This document shows, piece after piece, positions 51,550 through 64,000 of a stretch of DNA of 64,000 nt (position 1 is the stretch's first letter; each line of letters begins with the position of its first letter). The notes beneath the pieces are model-generated. The model had not been told where the DNA came from and searched no databases. It saw only the letters and a program-made list of their open reading frames with translations. The stretch lies in the IMG/VR virus record IMGVR_UViG_3300025073_000880. One strand, given 5' to 3'. The DNA is from a virus. Taxonomy: Duplodnaviria > Heunggongvirae > Uroviricota > Caudoviricetes. The position numbers and the translations under genes are program-made.

Positions 51550-51985
51550 ACTCTCTTGGTTATGTTTTTAATTATATTATCATTTTTACCATTAAAGATT
51601 TAATTCTTGCCCTATCTGGTAAGGGTGTTTTTGTATACATGTTAGCCATAAGTGTAATTTATCAAAAAGTATTTCCTACATCTTTTAAAACATATTATAT
51701 TCCTCACCACCACCGTCTATCATTCGCTCTCTAATCGCTTGTCTCGCTTCTTCGGATAATCCGTTCGCCAATAGTCTTTGATTGTAAATATCGAACATCG
51801 CAACGATAAACATCAAATTATCACCAACATTCTCAAGGTCTTTAATCCTACCGATTTTCTCCGTGGCATAACCGTATTTGTCATTATCGGAATCAACCAC
51901 TTTCCACAATTCCATTGCCTTGGCTTTCACCTCGTCAAATATCTCTTGGCTAGGGGGAGTGTAGTATAGTTTTGTAGTCATATTT

Positions 51986-52600
51986 TTATAAAGTTATATC
52001 GCTTTCTATTTCATTACCCCAAGCATCCCAGCCTTCTGTTTTTTGTCGAGCAAAGAGTTCTATTCTTGGAATATCACCAAATAATTCTATAATTTTATCT
52101 CTGAACACTTGCGGTTTTTCACTATGTTTTGTCCGACCTGTGCTTACAAAACTTGAAACACTATTTGATTTCACAAGCGAATGAGCTTTCCCTTTGACTG
52201 CGAGTAAACACACCTCTTGATTTGATTTCGCATAATATCCTATTCCGAAGAAAGGCGAACCATCTTTATTTGTCTTGAGCCAACTGAAACCAAGCGTCTT
52301 ATATTCGAACCCCCAAGCCTTAATAACCTCTAGTGCTTCCTGTAATTTTGGAAATGTTGCCCACATCATCAAAACGGAAGTGCTATCCGCGATCTCATTT
52401 ATTGGCAATTTTTTAATAGTTTCCGAAGACATGGTTTTGTATTGATAATTTACCCCCCCCTGTGGGACTCCACCGTTTTGATAACTCCACGGGGGGTCTG
52501 CGTATATTATTTGATATTTTTTCATATTTATCTCCGCCCTGCCGTGCCAGCCGCCCCCCAACTTGTCGTTCCGCCAGAGCGGAAAGAGAACAATCGGCAC
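51986..52600 (-). CDS. MT-A70-like DNA N6-adenine methyltransferase.
   Basis: IIYADPPWSY (DPPW motif). Contains an in-frame G8 tract (plus C8 at 52453-52460). Confidence 0.55.
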   Translation of the reverse strand: MPIVLFPLWRNDKLGGGWHGRAEINMKKYQIIYADPPWSYQNGGVPQGGVNYQYKTMSSETIKKLPINEIADSTSVLMMWATFPKLQEALEVIKAWGFEYKTLGFSWLKTNKDGSPFFGIGYYAKSNQEVCLLAVKGKAHSLVKSNSVSSFVSTGRTKHSEKPQVFRDKIIELFGDIPRIELFARQKTEGWDAWGNEIESDITL

Positions 52601-52618
52601 GGACAGGGAAGAACATAT

Positions 52619-53653
52619 TTAACTCTCAATTTTCATCGAAAGATAATTTTGTAATTTCAGCCCAAACTTCCAACTCATACACTCATCAGCCGTCTTACCT
52701 TTGGCGTATTCTGGGTCAATCCCTGACACATATATCCTGCCTGTTGACGGACAACTATACCGCAGAAAATAGGCATCGGGGAAACTCATAAAATCCTTGA
52801 CTAGCCACAACTCATTTCCTCTGTCTGATTTTTCTACCATTCTACCTTTTAGGGATCTTAGCATCACTTCGCTATCGGCATACTTCAACGCAATCATCCT
52901 CTGTTCCATATTCTTCATTGACATTATTTCTTCACCCGATAATTTTTTTTCAACAACCTTATCAAACAAATCTTTCTCAAAACGAACTCCGTGAAGAAAG
53001 TAAAACTCTTTGCCGCCTTTCCATTTTATTGCCGGTTTTAATTCTGAATGAAATTCATTGTCTTTATCCAATAAAACAAGTGGTGTAGGAACTAGGTATA
53101 ATACACCTTCATACTCAACTCTATACCCAAGCCCATATTCTTTAGCTTGCATTAAAAGCTCACAATGTTCTAAATACTTATAATCATTTTCGTTTGGTAA
53201 ATTTTCTTTGTCTGGATTCTGACAATACTCAAATTCATAAACATACCAATCAAAATCATAATCTATGGCTGACCAGGCTGACCAGGCTGACCCGGCTGAC
53301 CCGGCTGACCCGGCTGACCTGGCTGACCAGGCTGACCCGGCTGACCCGGCTGACCTGGCTGACCCGGCTGACCCGGCTGACCTGGCTGACCAGGCTGACC
53401 CGGCTGACCAGGCTGACCAGGCTGACCTGGCTGACCCGGCTGACCAGGCTGACCCGGCTGCATCTTGAAACTTTTTTACAAAAATATCTACACACCACAT
53501 TATTTTATTTGGTCGTGGAAGATCGAAAATATCATACGTTTTCAAAATACACTCCTCGGCGTTTTTCTTGTCCAATTCAAAATCTTTGCGTTCAACATTT
53601 CGGCACATCCTATCAATTAAATCTTGTGTTTTTTGTGAGTAATTATGTGTCAT
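52619..53653 (-). CDS. Hypothetical protein with an internal (SAWSAGSAR)n repeat.
   Basis: Encoded by about 22 units of the 9-bp repeat GGCTGACCN at 53265-53462. Confidence 0.4.
   Translation of the reverse strand: MTHNYSQKTQDLIDRMCRNVERKDFELDKKNAEECILKTYDIFDLPRPNKIMWCVDIFVKKFQDAAGSAWSAGSARSAWSAWSAGSAWSARSAGSAGSARSAGSAGSAWSARSAGSAGSAGSAWSAWSAIDYDFDWYVYEFEYCQNPDKENLPNENDYKYLEHCELLMQAKEYGLGYRVEYEGVLYLVPTPLVLLDKDNEFHSELKPAIKWKGGKEFYFLHGVRFEKDLFDKVVEKKLSGEEIMSMKNMEQRMIALKYADSEVMLRSLKGRMVEKSDRGNELWLVKDFMSFPDAYFLRYSCPSTGRIYVSGIDPEYAKGKTADECMSWKFGLKLQNYLSMKIES
53265..53462. repeat. Tandem 9-bp repeat GGCTGACC(A/C/T), about 22 copies.
   Basis: Perfect periodicity. GC-rich island in an AT-rich genome. 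Confidence 0.85.
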
Positions 53654-54370
53654 ATTTTATTGTCAATCTTTGACAAAATTTATCGACTTTGTGAAATAAT
53701 CAAATTCTTGTTCAAATTCTTGGATATAAATACCAGGCTCAATCGTAATCGTCTTATGCTCTTCGTGCGACAACATAAGCGGTATTTTGGTTTCAAGAAT
53801 ATAATTTTTATTTTCGTCTTGGTAAATCGTGAACCCCACTTTACTTTCTTGTTTCTCCGCTAACTGCAACAAGTGTTTGTGTCCTGTGTGTTCGCCTTCC
53901 GCCAACACAAACTCTGAACATTCTTTAATCTTTTGCACATTATCAGGCACTTTTTTCAACTTCGTTAAAATTAAATCACCATGTCGTAAATTCATATATT
54001 TTTTTATTTATAAACTATCCCTTAAAAAATTAAGCACTTCCTTGAGAGATTTTAATATTATAGCTTTGTATTAAACTCATAACAATTTTTAAATGCCCTT
54101 TTAAAAGCGGATATTTCCATTAATATCTTGGAACAATCATTTGCCGTATTAAAATGGTTAAAGTAACTTCCATCAGAAAATAAATCTCCCACTAAAAAAC
54201 AATTATCAAATCTCCTCCCATGGAGTAAGGAAAACTGCGTTAATTTAATAACATATTCATTTTTTTTAGGCTTATAATCATTAAATTCTTTATCAGAACA
54301 ACAAAGTATTAAAATGTTTTTAGTTGTTGTGGAGTGCATAAGTGTTAAAAATTTTAAATAATATCTAACA

Positions 54371-56894
<2,524 letters not shown>

Positions 56895-56897
56895 AAA

Positions 56898-57914
56898 TTA
56901 TCCCTCTAATTCACTTTTAGTTTTTAATGCCCCAACAACCGCTTTTTTCAAATCCTTATCAGTATCTAATAATAGCTTAAACTTCTCACGGCTATCAGCT
57001 ATTTTCTTTCCGTTGAACGAGTATATCCGTCCTGACTGCTCTACCACACCCCATCTTAAAGAGCTTTCTACAACATCTTCAAGTAAATCTATTCCACGTT
57101 TATAATATAAATCAACTTCAGCCTTTCTCCATGGGTTCCCAACTTTGTTTTTAACACACTCAATTTTTATTCTATTACCGATAACATCCTTATTCTGCCC
57201 CTCCATTTTTGCCCCCTTAGTAACTTTTAATCTCACAGAAGCGTAAAACTTTAATGCTTTTCCACCACTCGTTGTCTCTGTTGGCCCATAAAACACTCCT
57301 ACCCTATCTCTTGTTTGATTGATAAAGATTACGGTTGTTTTGCTTTTAGAAACAGGTCCTGTCAGCACTCGCATTAACTTACTCATAAATCTAGCCTGAA
57401 GAGCCACATCAACATGCTCAATGTCTTCTTGCAGTTCTTTCTTGGGAACGAGTGAAGCGACAGAATCAACAACAATAAGGTCAATTGCATGCGTTCTCAC
57501 CATTTCGTCTATAATTTGGCCGGCGTCTTCTCCTGTTGTGACCTGAGAAACTAATAGCTTTTCAATATCAAGCCCCATGTCCTTGGCGTATTTACTGGAA
57601 AAACTACATTCAGCGTCAACCCACAAAACCTTTCCGCCGACTCTTTGCATTTGAGCCGCAATGAACAAGGCTAATGTTGACTTTCCGCTAGAATTTTCAC
57701 CAAATATTTCTATAATTCTTCCCCTTGGTATCCCACCGCAATTAAAGATATAGTCAAGAGAAAAGCACCCTGTTGGCGTGGCCTCAATATCTATTCTGTT
57801 CTCCTTTGATAATTGGATAACAGCGTCTTCACCATACCTTTTTTTCAAAACGCTCATGGCTTCTTTTATAGCTTTCTCTTTTTCTTTTATTTCATTTTTA
57901 AGGTCATCTGTCAT
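56898..57914 (-). CDS. RecA/UvsX-family recombinase.
   Basis: IEIFGENSSGKSTLAL Walker A in RecA context. 338 aa. Confidence 0.7.
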   Translation of the reverse strand: MTDDLKNEIKEKEKAIKEAMSVLKKRYGEDAVIQLSKENRIDIEATPTGCFSLDYIFNCGGIPRGRIIEIFGENSSGKSTLALFIAAQMQRVGGKVLWVDAECSFSSKYAKDMGLDIEKLLVSQVTTGEDAGQIIDEMVRTHAIDLIVVDSVASLVPKKELQEDIEHVDVALQARFMSKLMRVLTGPVSKSKTTVIFINQTRDRVGVFYGPTETTSGGKALKFYASVRLKVTKGAKMEGQNKDVIGNRIKIECVKNKVGNPWRKAEVDLYYKRGIDLLEDVVESSLRWGVVEQSGRIYSFNGKKIADSREKFKLLLDTDKDLKKAVVGALKTKSELEG

Positions 57915-58435
57915 AAAGTTTTTAATAAAAAGCCACTTTGCATTAATGCTGATGGCTTTTTTGATTTTTTATATTCATATAAAATACCCCTTACGATTAT
58001 TTTTTTGGTTTTACCCACCCATGCTCAATAGCATTTAAAACATTAAGATATTTTTTTGTTTTTTTTGACTCCCCAACCTTTACCCACCCGCCATTGATTT
58101 TTTTATAGACAGACTTCCCAATAATTTTATAAGGCATAAAATAACTCTTACTATATTATAACAAACAAATTGACACTTGTCAAGTCGCTTGTCCACAAGG
58201 AGACTTTGCACGTTCGAAATATTCTTCTGGCGTGGTTGACCCTAAACGAAACGCCCCCCAAGCCTCTACAATAGCTACACAGTATTCTTCGGTTATTCTT
58301 TGGGTTTTATACATATCAATAACCGTTCCTATCTGTGCTGCAGGCACATCTTTAAGTTTATATAAATCAGCTAAACAAAATTCTAAAAGCATATTTATGT
58401 AGATATGAATTATCCGAACTTTTATGAATATAGAA

Positions 58436-60139
58436 TCAATCTTCTTGACCAAACAAAACATTGCGAGTGGCATTATAATCTGTGCCAAATGCCCACTTGG
58501 ACAATGGTTTATAGTCACCTGTTGCAGGGTCGTATTCAACCTCAATCATCCCTTCGCCATTTGGGTTTCTTGATTTTGGGATATAAAAGTAAGTTTTATA
58601 TTGTTTATGTAAATCTTCATTATCAGGCGTTCTATCTCGCCAAATGTTTATGACATAATTAGCGTTTTGAACAATTGAAATACTATCTTTAAAACTATCA
58701 AGCGTAGGCTTTAAGCCATTCAGTTTTTTGTAATGGACTACAAGCAGAATCCTTGCCCCTGTTTTGCGTTGCAATGTTCTTAACCTAACCATGATGGTTT
58801 CAATATAATCAGCCTTAGACATCGAAGCCGAATTTAAATCAAAGTAATGCAAATGGTCAATTAAAAATAGCTCAACGCCCATCTTTGCTTGCTCTTCTAC
58901 CAAAGTTTCTAAAATATCAATGTTCATCATGCAATCAACCTTAGCGAATATAATGTTACTATTAGAGAGTTCCTTTTTTGCTCGCTTTAAAAATGCAGGA
59001 AAGTTTTTATCTAAAATAGAGTTTTTTCTAAAATTATTCCAATCGTAATTCATTTTTTCTACACCCTCCATCTCCTTTCGTACTTGACCAACCCTAAAAT
59101 ACAAAGCCTTAATGCCATAGTCCTCAAGCCTATCTTCAAGAGCATACACGGCACATTTATGCCCTCTACTAGCTTTATAAATAATGTTAGTGGCAAAAAG
59201 CGTTTTGCCGGTTCCCGCCTCGCCTCCAATAACAACAAGTTCTCCTGGAAACAACCCTGTTAACTGGTCATCTAGCCAGTTATACCCAAAACTAATAACA
59301 TCATCACTATTAGTGCTTAATAATTCGTCATAGCCTAAATCTAAAACATCAGAAAATGTTAAAAACTTTATTCCATCACAATTGCCAGTAATGGTGTTTA
59401 TCCCAACCTGCGATAAACGGCCTTGTTTTTCTAAATCACGTTTTCGCTTTTCTTTACCAGCAATACTTTCAAACGTATTTCTAAGCTCCCACTCTGACAA
59501 TGGCGGAGTATTACTTTTATTCCAAACACATCCCATTGGCCAAACAAACGCCTCCCACTCTTCAGGCTTAAACGATAAAAGTAACCTGCCAAAAAACTTG
59601 GCTGCTGTATCGTTTCTTGACCCTTGACTTGAACCGCTCATTATATCTTCCCATTGAACTTTTGGGGCAAGTTCTTCAGTATTAAACAACTCTATGGGAA
59701 ATGGCGAAAGACTATCCGCCTCATAAACCCATTCATAAGTGTTACCACTTGCATGGATTGATGGCGGGGCAATAACCAAACCGCCATCATTTCTAATATC
59801 CACCAAATCTTTAACCCTTACCTTATTCCCCACATTTTGAGTATAACTATAATAATAATGATACCCACCACCTCCAGTTTTTACTATTGAAGTGTATGGC
59901 AAAAAAGAAACGTCACAACCAAACTCTGTATCAACTACAGTAATACCCGATATAGCTCCTGTTATTATAGCTATATTGGCGTTTGGGGTATTTGTCCACC
60001 ATTCAGTTACCTGTTCAGATGTTGGTCGTTTCTTTTGGTATTCCTCCCATTTTATTAGGGGAAATTTTTTTCCTGAAGGCACAGGCACAACTGAAAACCC
60101 TCTCTCTAAATATTTTAATGCATGTTCTAGATTGGTCAT
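58436..60139 (-). CDS. Primase-polymerase (Prim-Pol N-terminal domain) fused to a DnaB-like/P-loop helicase.
   Basis: GFSVVPVPSGKKFPLIKW (Prim-Pol) and GELVVIGGEAGTGKT (Walker A). Confidence 0.65.
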   Translation of the reverse strand: MTNLEHALKYLERGFSVVPVPSGKKFPLIKWEEYQKKRPTSEQVTEWWTNTPNANIAIITGAISGITVVDTEFGCDVSFLPYTSIVKTGGGGYHYYYSYTQNVGNKVRVKDLVDIRNDGGLVIAPPSIHASGNTYEWVYEADSLSPFPIELFNTEELAPKVQWEDIMSGSSQGSRNDTAAKFFGRLLLSFKPEEWEAFVWPMGCVWNKSNTPPLSEWELRNTFESIAGKEKRKRDLEKQGRLSQVGINTITGNCDGIKFLTFSDVLDLGYDELLSTNSDDVISFGYNWLDDQLTGLFPGELVVIGGEAGTGKTLFATNIIYKASRGHKCAVYALEDRLEDYGIKALYFRVGQVRKEMEGVEKMNYDWNNFRKNSILDKNFPAFLKRAKKELSNSNIIFAKVDCMMNIDILETLVEEQAKMGVELFLIDHLHYFDLNSASMSKADYIETIMVRLRTLQRKTGARILLVVHYKKLNGLKPTLDSFKDSISIVQNANYVINIWRDRTPDNEDLHKQYKTYFYIPKSRNPNGEGMIEVEYDPATGDYKPLSKWAFGTDYNATRNVLFGQED

Positions 60140-60482
60140 ATTTATTTTAGCATCAACGATTTTTTATTTTTCAAAAATGTGTCTACATCGACCAACTCAT
60201 CTTTTATTTTATCAATGGCAGACGTGGTGAGCATCCACTCCTTAGTCTTCTTATCTAAATAGAAAATAGCGTTATTATCCTTAGTGAAAAAAGTGTGCCC
60301 ATTATTTGTATATATCGTTTTCCCTAAAAACTCTTTAGGCGTTCCTGCGTGTTCAAAATACGGGCTTAAAAGCTGTTCAAGCCTATCTACCCAGATTGAC
60401 TTTTTAACAGCCCATGCTTTTACAGCTGAAACAAATTCCTCATCAGTTAAAACAAACTCTTCTTTTTTATATTTTATCACTT

Positions 60483-61121
60483 TCATATCCAATCTATAAT
60501 TGGTTTATCAACAATCCCCTTTTCCCAAATGAACCAAGCATAACAAGATGCTGATGACTTTTTAAACATCTCCTCGTCACCATTTATAGCCGCTTGTATT
60601 CTTTTACTAAAAACTAATACATATTTAGGGGGGAATTTATCAAAAAATTTTCTCCTTTTTTGCCCCTCCAAAAATGTAATCTTAAGAAACATTGCAACTT
60701 TATATCCTTTACCAATAATTTTTAATCCTTTTTTAACAAAGTCCAAAGCATATTTATATGGTGGATTTGTTATTATATCCCCAAAAAAATAAACCCTATC
60801 ACCGTTTTCATCGTAAATTTTCTCTTTCAAAAAATCTATTTCTTCACAATCAAAATCTCTTTTAATAATATCTGAATTTTTAATTGTTATGTGTGGGGCA
60901 ATGATAGATAATCTTTTAGATAAATGTCCATTTCCACAAGCACATTCCCAAATGTTATTACTAAATCCTGTTTGCTCCCAAAAGTTTTTATACAACAATT
61001 CAATAGCAATAGGATCAGTAGCATAAAAGTCCCTTTCAGCTCTCTCATAATCAGAATGACTACTTGCTCCAAGTGTTGAGAATGTAGATTTTTTATTTCC
61101 ACTCCAATCTTTTTGGTTCAT
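60483..61121 (-). CDS. DNA methyltransferase, N6A/N4C type (NPPY).
   Basis: DIITNPPYKY. Confidence 0.45.
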   Translation of the reverse strand: MNQKDWSGNKKSTFSTLGASSHSDYERAERDFYATDPIAIELLYKNFWEQTGFSNNIWECACGNGHLSKRLSIIAPHITIKNSDIIKRDFDCEEIDFLKEKIYDENGDRVYFFGDIITNPPYKYALDFVKKGLKIIGKGYKVAMFLKITFLEGQKRRKFFDKFPPKYVLVFSKRIQAAINGDEEMFKKSSASCYAWFIWEKGIVDKPIIDWI

Positions 61122-61123
61122 AC

Positions 61124-61897
61124 CTAAAATAATTTATTCGTATTATTAATCTCTTTTTGTATATCTTCTAACCGCTTTTTCGCAACGGCATAATAGTTCT
61201 CATCTAATTCCATACCAATAAAATTCCTTTTTTCTAACATCGCAACCACAAGAAAGCTCCCACTACCACAAGTATTATCAAGAACTAAATCACCCTCGTT
61301 TGTATAAGTGCGTATAAGATATCGACCTAAGGATACTGGTTTTTGGGTGGGGTGAAGCCCTGATTTATCCCTATTAAATTTCTGTATTGTTTTAGGGTGT
61401 CTTAATCCTGTTTCATTTTTGGTTATCACGTTCTTTAATCCACCTTTCCAATTTTCACTCATTTTACCAGACATCTGGATATATGGCTTTCCCTCAACTT
61501 TTTGTGGGTTATACTTCATAGAGACTCTTGTCCCATTCGTAACTCTGCCCTTACCAAACACAAAAACCTGTTCATGTATTCTAAATGGTTGTAATTTGAT
61601 ATTCGGTGCATTTGTTCCATTATCCTTTTCCCAAACCCAGTCATATTTATAAAGGTCAGAAGCCTGCAAAAAAAGCTGAACACCAAACTTAAACGTCCCT
61701 GTTAAAACTATAGCGCCGTCATCTTTTATAATTCTTCTATATGAAGCCCATAATAATTCAGGGTTTATTGGAAAGTCCCACTTATTTCCCGTTTCAGCAT
61801 AAGGCAAATCGCAAAGAATCATGTCTATACTTTTATCAGGTATGTCTTTCATCAGCTCTAAGCAATTGCCGCATAATATTTGGTTCATACCTGGCAT
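61124..61897 (-). CDS. DNA N4/N6 methyltransferase, beta-class (motif IV before motif I).
   Basis: DMILCDLPY (DPPY-like) N-terminal; LDNTCGSGSFLV (FxGxG) C-terminal. Confidence 0.65.
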   Translation of the reverse strand: MPGMNQILCGNCLELMKDIPDKSIDMILCDLPYAETGNKWDFPINPELLWASYRRIIKDDGAIVLTGTFKFGVQLFLQASDLYKYDWVWEKDNGTNAPNIKLQPFRIHEQVFVFGKGRVTNGTRVSMKYNPQKVEGKPYIQMSGKMSENWKGGLKNVITKNETGLRHPKTIQKFNRDKSGLHPTQKPVSLGRYLIRTYTNEGDLVLDNTCGSGSFLVVAMLEKRNFIGMELDENYYAVAKKRLEDIQKEINNTNKLF

Positions 61898-62234
61898 ATT
61901 TTTACTTTTTAAATTTCATCAATAAATCTATAATCCCACTAATCTTTTGGTCAGTAAGGTGAAAGTCAGAAAACCCATTATCTTTTCCTTGCCATTCTTT
62001 ATCAAAAAATTCAAAAATATACCCCTCAGAAGTTCGCATTATTTTACAGCCAATAGTTGCTCCTGTATTTATTTTTTTATCTTCAGGCATAAGCCTCTAA
62101 TTAATAGTCAAAAAAATTTGACAAGTTTACTTTTAAGGTTTATCTAAAACATGGCAAGCAGAGTTAGAGCCGAACTGACCCAACAGCTTTTGAAGAGCCG
62201 TTCGCCATCCTTGGAACATTTCCGCCCACATGTA

Positions 62235-62306
62235 GTACTCAGAACAGGGTTTGAACCTGCGACCAAAGAGGTATAAACTCTCCGCTCTACCGCTGAGCTA
62301 TCTGAG
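62235..62306 (-). tRNA. tRNA-Ile, anticodon UAU (reads AUA). No CCA is encoded.
   Basis: Acceptor ACUCAGA/UCUGAGU; D arm GCUC-AGCGGUA-GAGC; anticodon arm GAGAG-UUUAUAC-CUCUU; T arm GCAGG-UUCAAAC-CCUGU. Confidence 0.7.
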
Positions 62307-62342
62307 TAAAACCGACATATTATGAAACATTAACCCCCAATG

Positions 62343-62457
62343 TGTCAAAATCGTGTCTTAAATGGCGTTTTTATCGTTTTTTTCGCTGAGTAGTATCTAA
62401 CCATTAAAAACATAGTTTCATCGCTGTATGGGGCTTGTAGAGCCTCAGGATTGAAGC
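62343..62457 (-). repeat. Conserved ~100-nt intergenic element, copy c (reverse orientation), immediately upstream of tRNA-Ile.
   Basis: Reverse complement reads CTTCAATCCTGAGGCTCTACAAGCCCCATACAGCGATGAAACTATGTTTTTAATGGTTAGATACTACTCAGC...TTTTGACAC. Confidence 0.6.
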
Positions 62458-62591
62458 TAGTTGCCGACTACCAAACCGCTTTTTAGAAGAACCACCAAAC
62501 ATCAACTCTTAAACCCCCGCCATTATTAATGCCCTGCTCCCGGCTTTATGTTCAAAATCTTGGGAGGGGGGGCGGGCAAGGCCACAATATA

Positions 62592-63497
62592 TTAAATACT
62601 CACAATATTACTTCCTTCGTCCTCTTGGCGTTTAATATAAGCACCTAGCTCGCTTAATTTGGTTTTAAGCTGATAAGGGTTAGTTATTACAGGAGCATAC
62701 TTCTTGCCATGGACGCTACAAGCAACTTCAGCTAACTTCTTTACTTCTTCAAAGCCGAATCTCTTTATTAGCTCTTCAGCAGCAGTACGTTGAGTCGTAT
62801 TACCAAAGGTTATTGTAGGATTAATACTTTCGTAGAAAATTTTAAAAACTTCTTGTATCTTGTTTTTCATTGAATCTTCAGGGCTTTGGTCTTTAGGGCT
62901 TTGGTCTTCAGGGCTTTGGGCTTCGGGGATTGGGTCTTTGGGGCTTTGGTTTTTAACGGCAACGTCAGTATGTTCGTTAATGGCCCCATTGGTCATTTCT
63001 GCAGCAAATTTATTTTGCTGCAAGAATACGTTAGTATTCTTATTTTTTAAACTTAAAGCATTTAAGCTATTAACACTTAAAGCATTTGTTTCTACAGTGC
63101 CACATGTCGCATTTTCCGCATGTGGTACTTTTGATAAATTTTCATTAATAATATTCTCTATTTTATACTTAGACCAAACGAATTTCACACGAACATAGTG
63201 ACCTGACACTTGCCCATTTTCTTTTCGTTTAACTATATCTTCTATAACGCCTAATTCCAATAAAATATCGTGGGCTTTTTTTAGTCTGTCGTTACTAATT
63301 TTGAGGCACTTTTTGCAATAAGTTTTAATGGCTTTGGGTTGATTGGTCTTTTGCCATTTAGCCGTGTAGTAATAAAAGGTGTAAAGAGCAATAATATCAG
63401 CTGTATTTTTTTCTCCCAAGAACAAATCAATTAAAGATTTTGAAATTACTAAAGGCTCATTATTGATGTCGTATTGATTATCTGCTTTATTTTCCAT
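62592..63497 (-). CDS. Putative DNA-binding/replication-organizer-like protein with C-terminal pentapeptide repeats.
   Basis: Winged-helix-like N-terminus. PKDQS/PEDQS repeats are encoded by 15-bp tandem repeats at ~62860-62950. Confidence 0.3.
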   Translation of the reverse strand: MENKADNQYDINNEPLVISKSLIDLFLGEKNTADIIALYTFYYYTAKWQKTNQPKAIKTYCKKCLKISNDRLKKAHDILLELGVIEDIVKRKENGQVSGHYVRVKFVWSKYKIENIINENLSKVPHAENATCGTVETNALSVNSLNALSLKNKNTNVFLQQNKFAAEMTNGAINEHTDVAVKNQSPKDPIPEAQSPEDQSPKDQSPEDSMKNKIQEVFKIFYESINPTITFGNTTQRTAAEELIKRFGFEEVKKLAEVACSVHGKKYAPVITNPYQLKTKLSELGAYIKRQEDEGSNIVSI

Positions 63498-64000
63498 ATT
63501 ATTTGTTAGAATTAATTATTTTAAAAATTTGAGTATAGTAAATAACCAAGTGTTCTATTAAAGCATTATATATCTGCCTGCTGCTTGTTAGACCATTATT
63601 TTTCAGTATCCCTACAGGGTAATCCCTGTCAAATCCATAATGATCTGTTTCTCCTTGATAAAACTCATCCAGTTTGATTGCATCAGACGAACTTAGCGTT
63701 AAATCACCACCCATCCTCTCTTCTGGGTACCCAATCAGATCTATAATTATTTTTTCTAAATAACCATTATCTGAGCAATACTCACAGTGGAATAAGTCAT
63801 TAATCTTCGTATCATTTTTTTTTATTATAATGTAAGCATCGATTAATTGTATGATATATTTCTCTAAATACATTTTATATAGAAATTTTTCTTCTATATA
63901 ACCCACAACCGCCCTTAAACGCTCCCTCTCTTTTTTCTTTTCTTTTTCTATATCCATATACTTTTTATTTTACTAATTTTTTCAACACCCCCCCCCCCCC

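Noticed and set aside
53194-53673. ORFs 53194-53673 (+), 53256-53498 (-), 53263-53463 (-) and 53265-53468 (+) with LTR/QPG/ADQ repeats.
   Set aside because: Alternative frames of the 9-bp repeat. Only 52619-53653 has non-repeat flanking domains.
63981-64000. C13 or longer homopolymer at the extreme end of the window.
   Set aside because: Cut by the window edge, so its length and context cannot be judged. It may be another G/C tract like those at 34271 and 50808, or an assembly-end artefact. Not interpreted.

Overview
This 64-kb window looks like part of a large, AT-rich (about one-third GC) tailed dsDNA phage genome. It is densely packed with genes, mostly on the minus strand, with one plus-strand block of small early-type genes at 35.3-41.4 kb. 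The main contents, left to right, are listed below.

- Tail fibre and sugar chemistry (1-10083): a partial tail-fibre/receptor-binding gene, then 11 genes for glycosyltransferases (GT), methyltransferases (MTase), a deacetylase and an Fe-S-like protein.
- Lysis candidates and enzymes: two small membrane proteins, a papain-like peptidase, a metallophosphoesterase.
- A morphogenesis module: Ser/Thr-repeat virion protein, major capsid gene, scaffold-like ORF, portal, large terminase and a candidate small terminase. The major capsid gene is split into exons by four group I introns, each carrying a LAGLIDADG homing-endonuclease (HE) ORF.
- HU-like protein, nucleotide-sugar dehydrogenase, GroES-like protein, a tRNA and an RNA ligase.
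- A ~2-kb non-coding hub (33.3-35.35 kb) with iteron-like repeats and G/C homopolymer tracts, where transcription diverges.
- An early plus-strand module including an amidoligase-like and GATase-II (class II glutamine amidotransferase-like) pair.
- An XRE regulator, a transglycosylase-like endolysin candidate, a radical SAM gene, and a GC-rich structured RNA.
- A Ro60/Rsr - Y-RNA-like - RtcB module. The RtcB carries a LAGLIDADG intein.
- An SPFH protein, four DNA methyltransferases (two with in-frame poly-G tracts), tandem-repeat proteins, GroEL, an epimerase, RecA, a primase-helicase, tRNA-Ile(UAU) and a replication-type protein.

The ORF track calls GTG/TTG starts as M, and several of those apparent starts are artefacts. 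Coordinates for introns and exons are approximate because I could not fold the RNAs.
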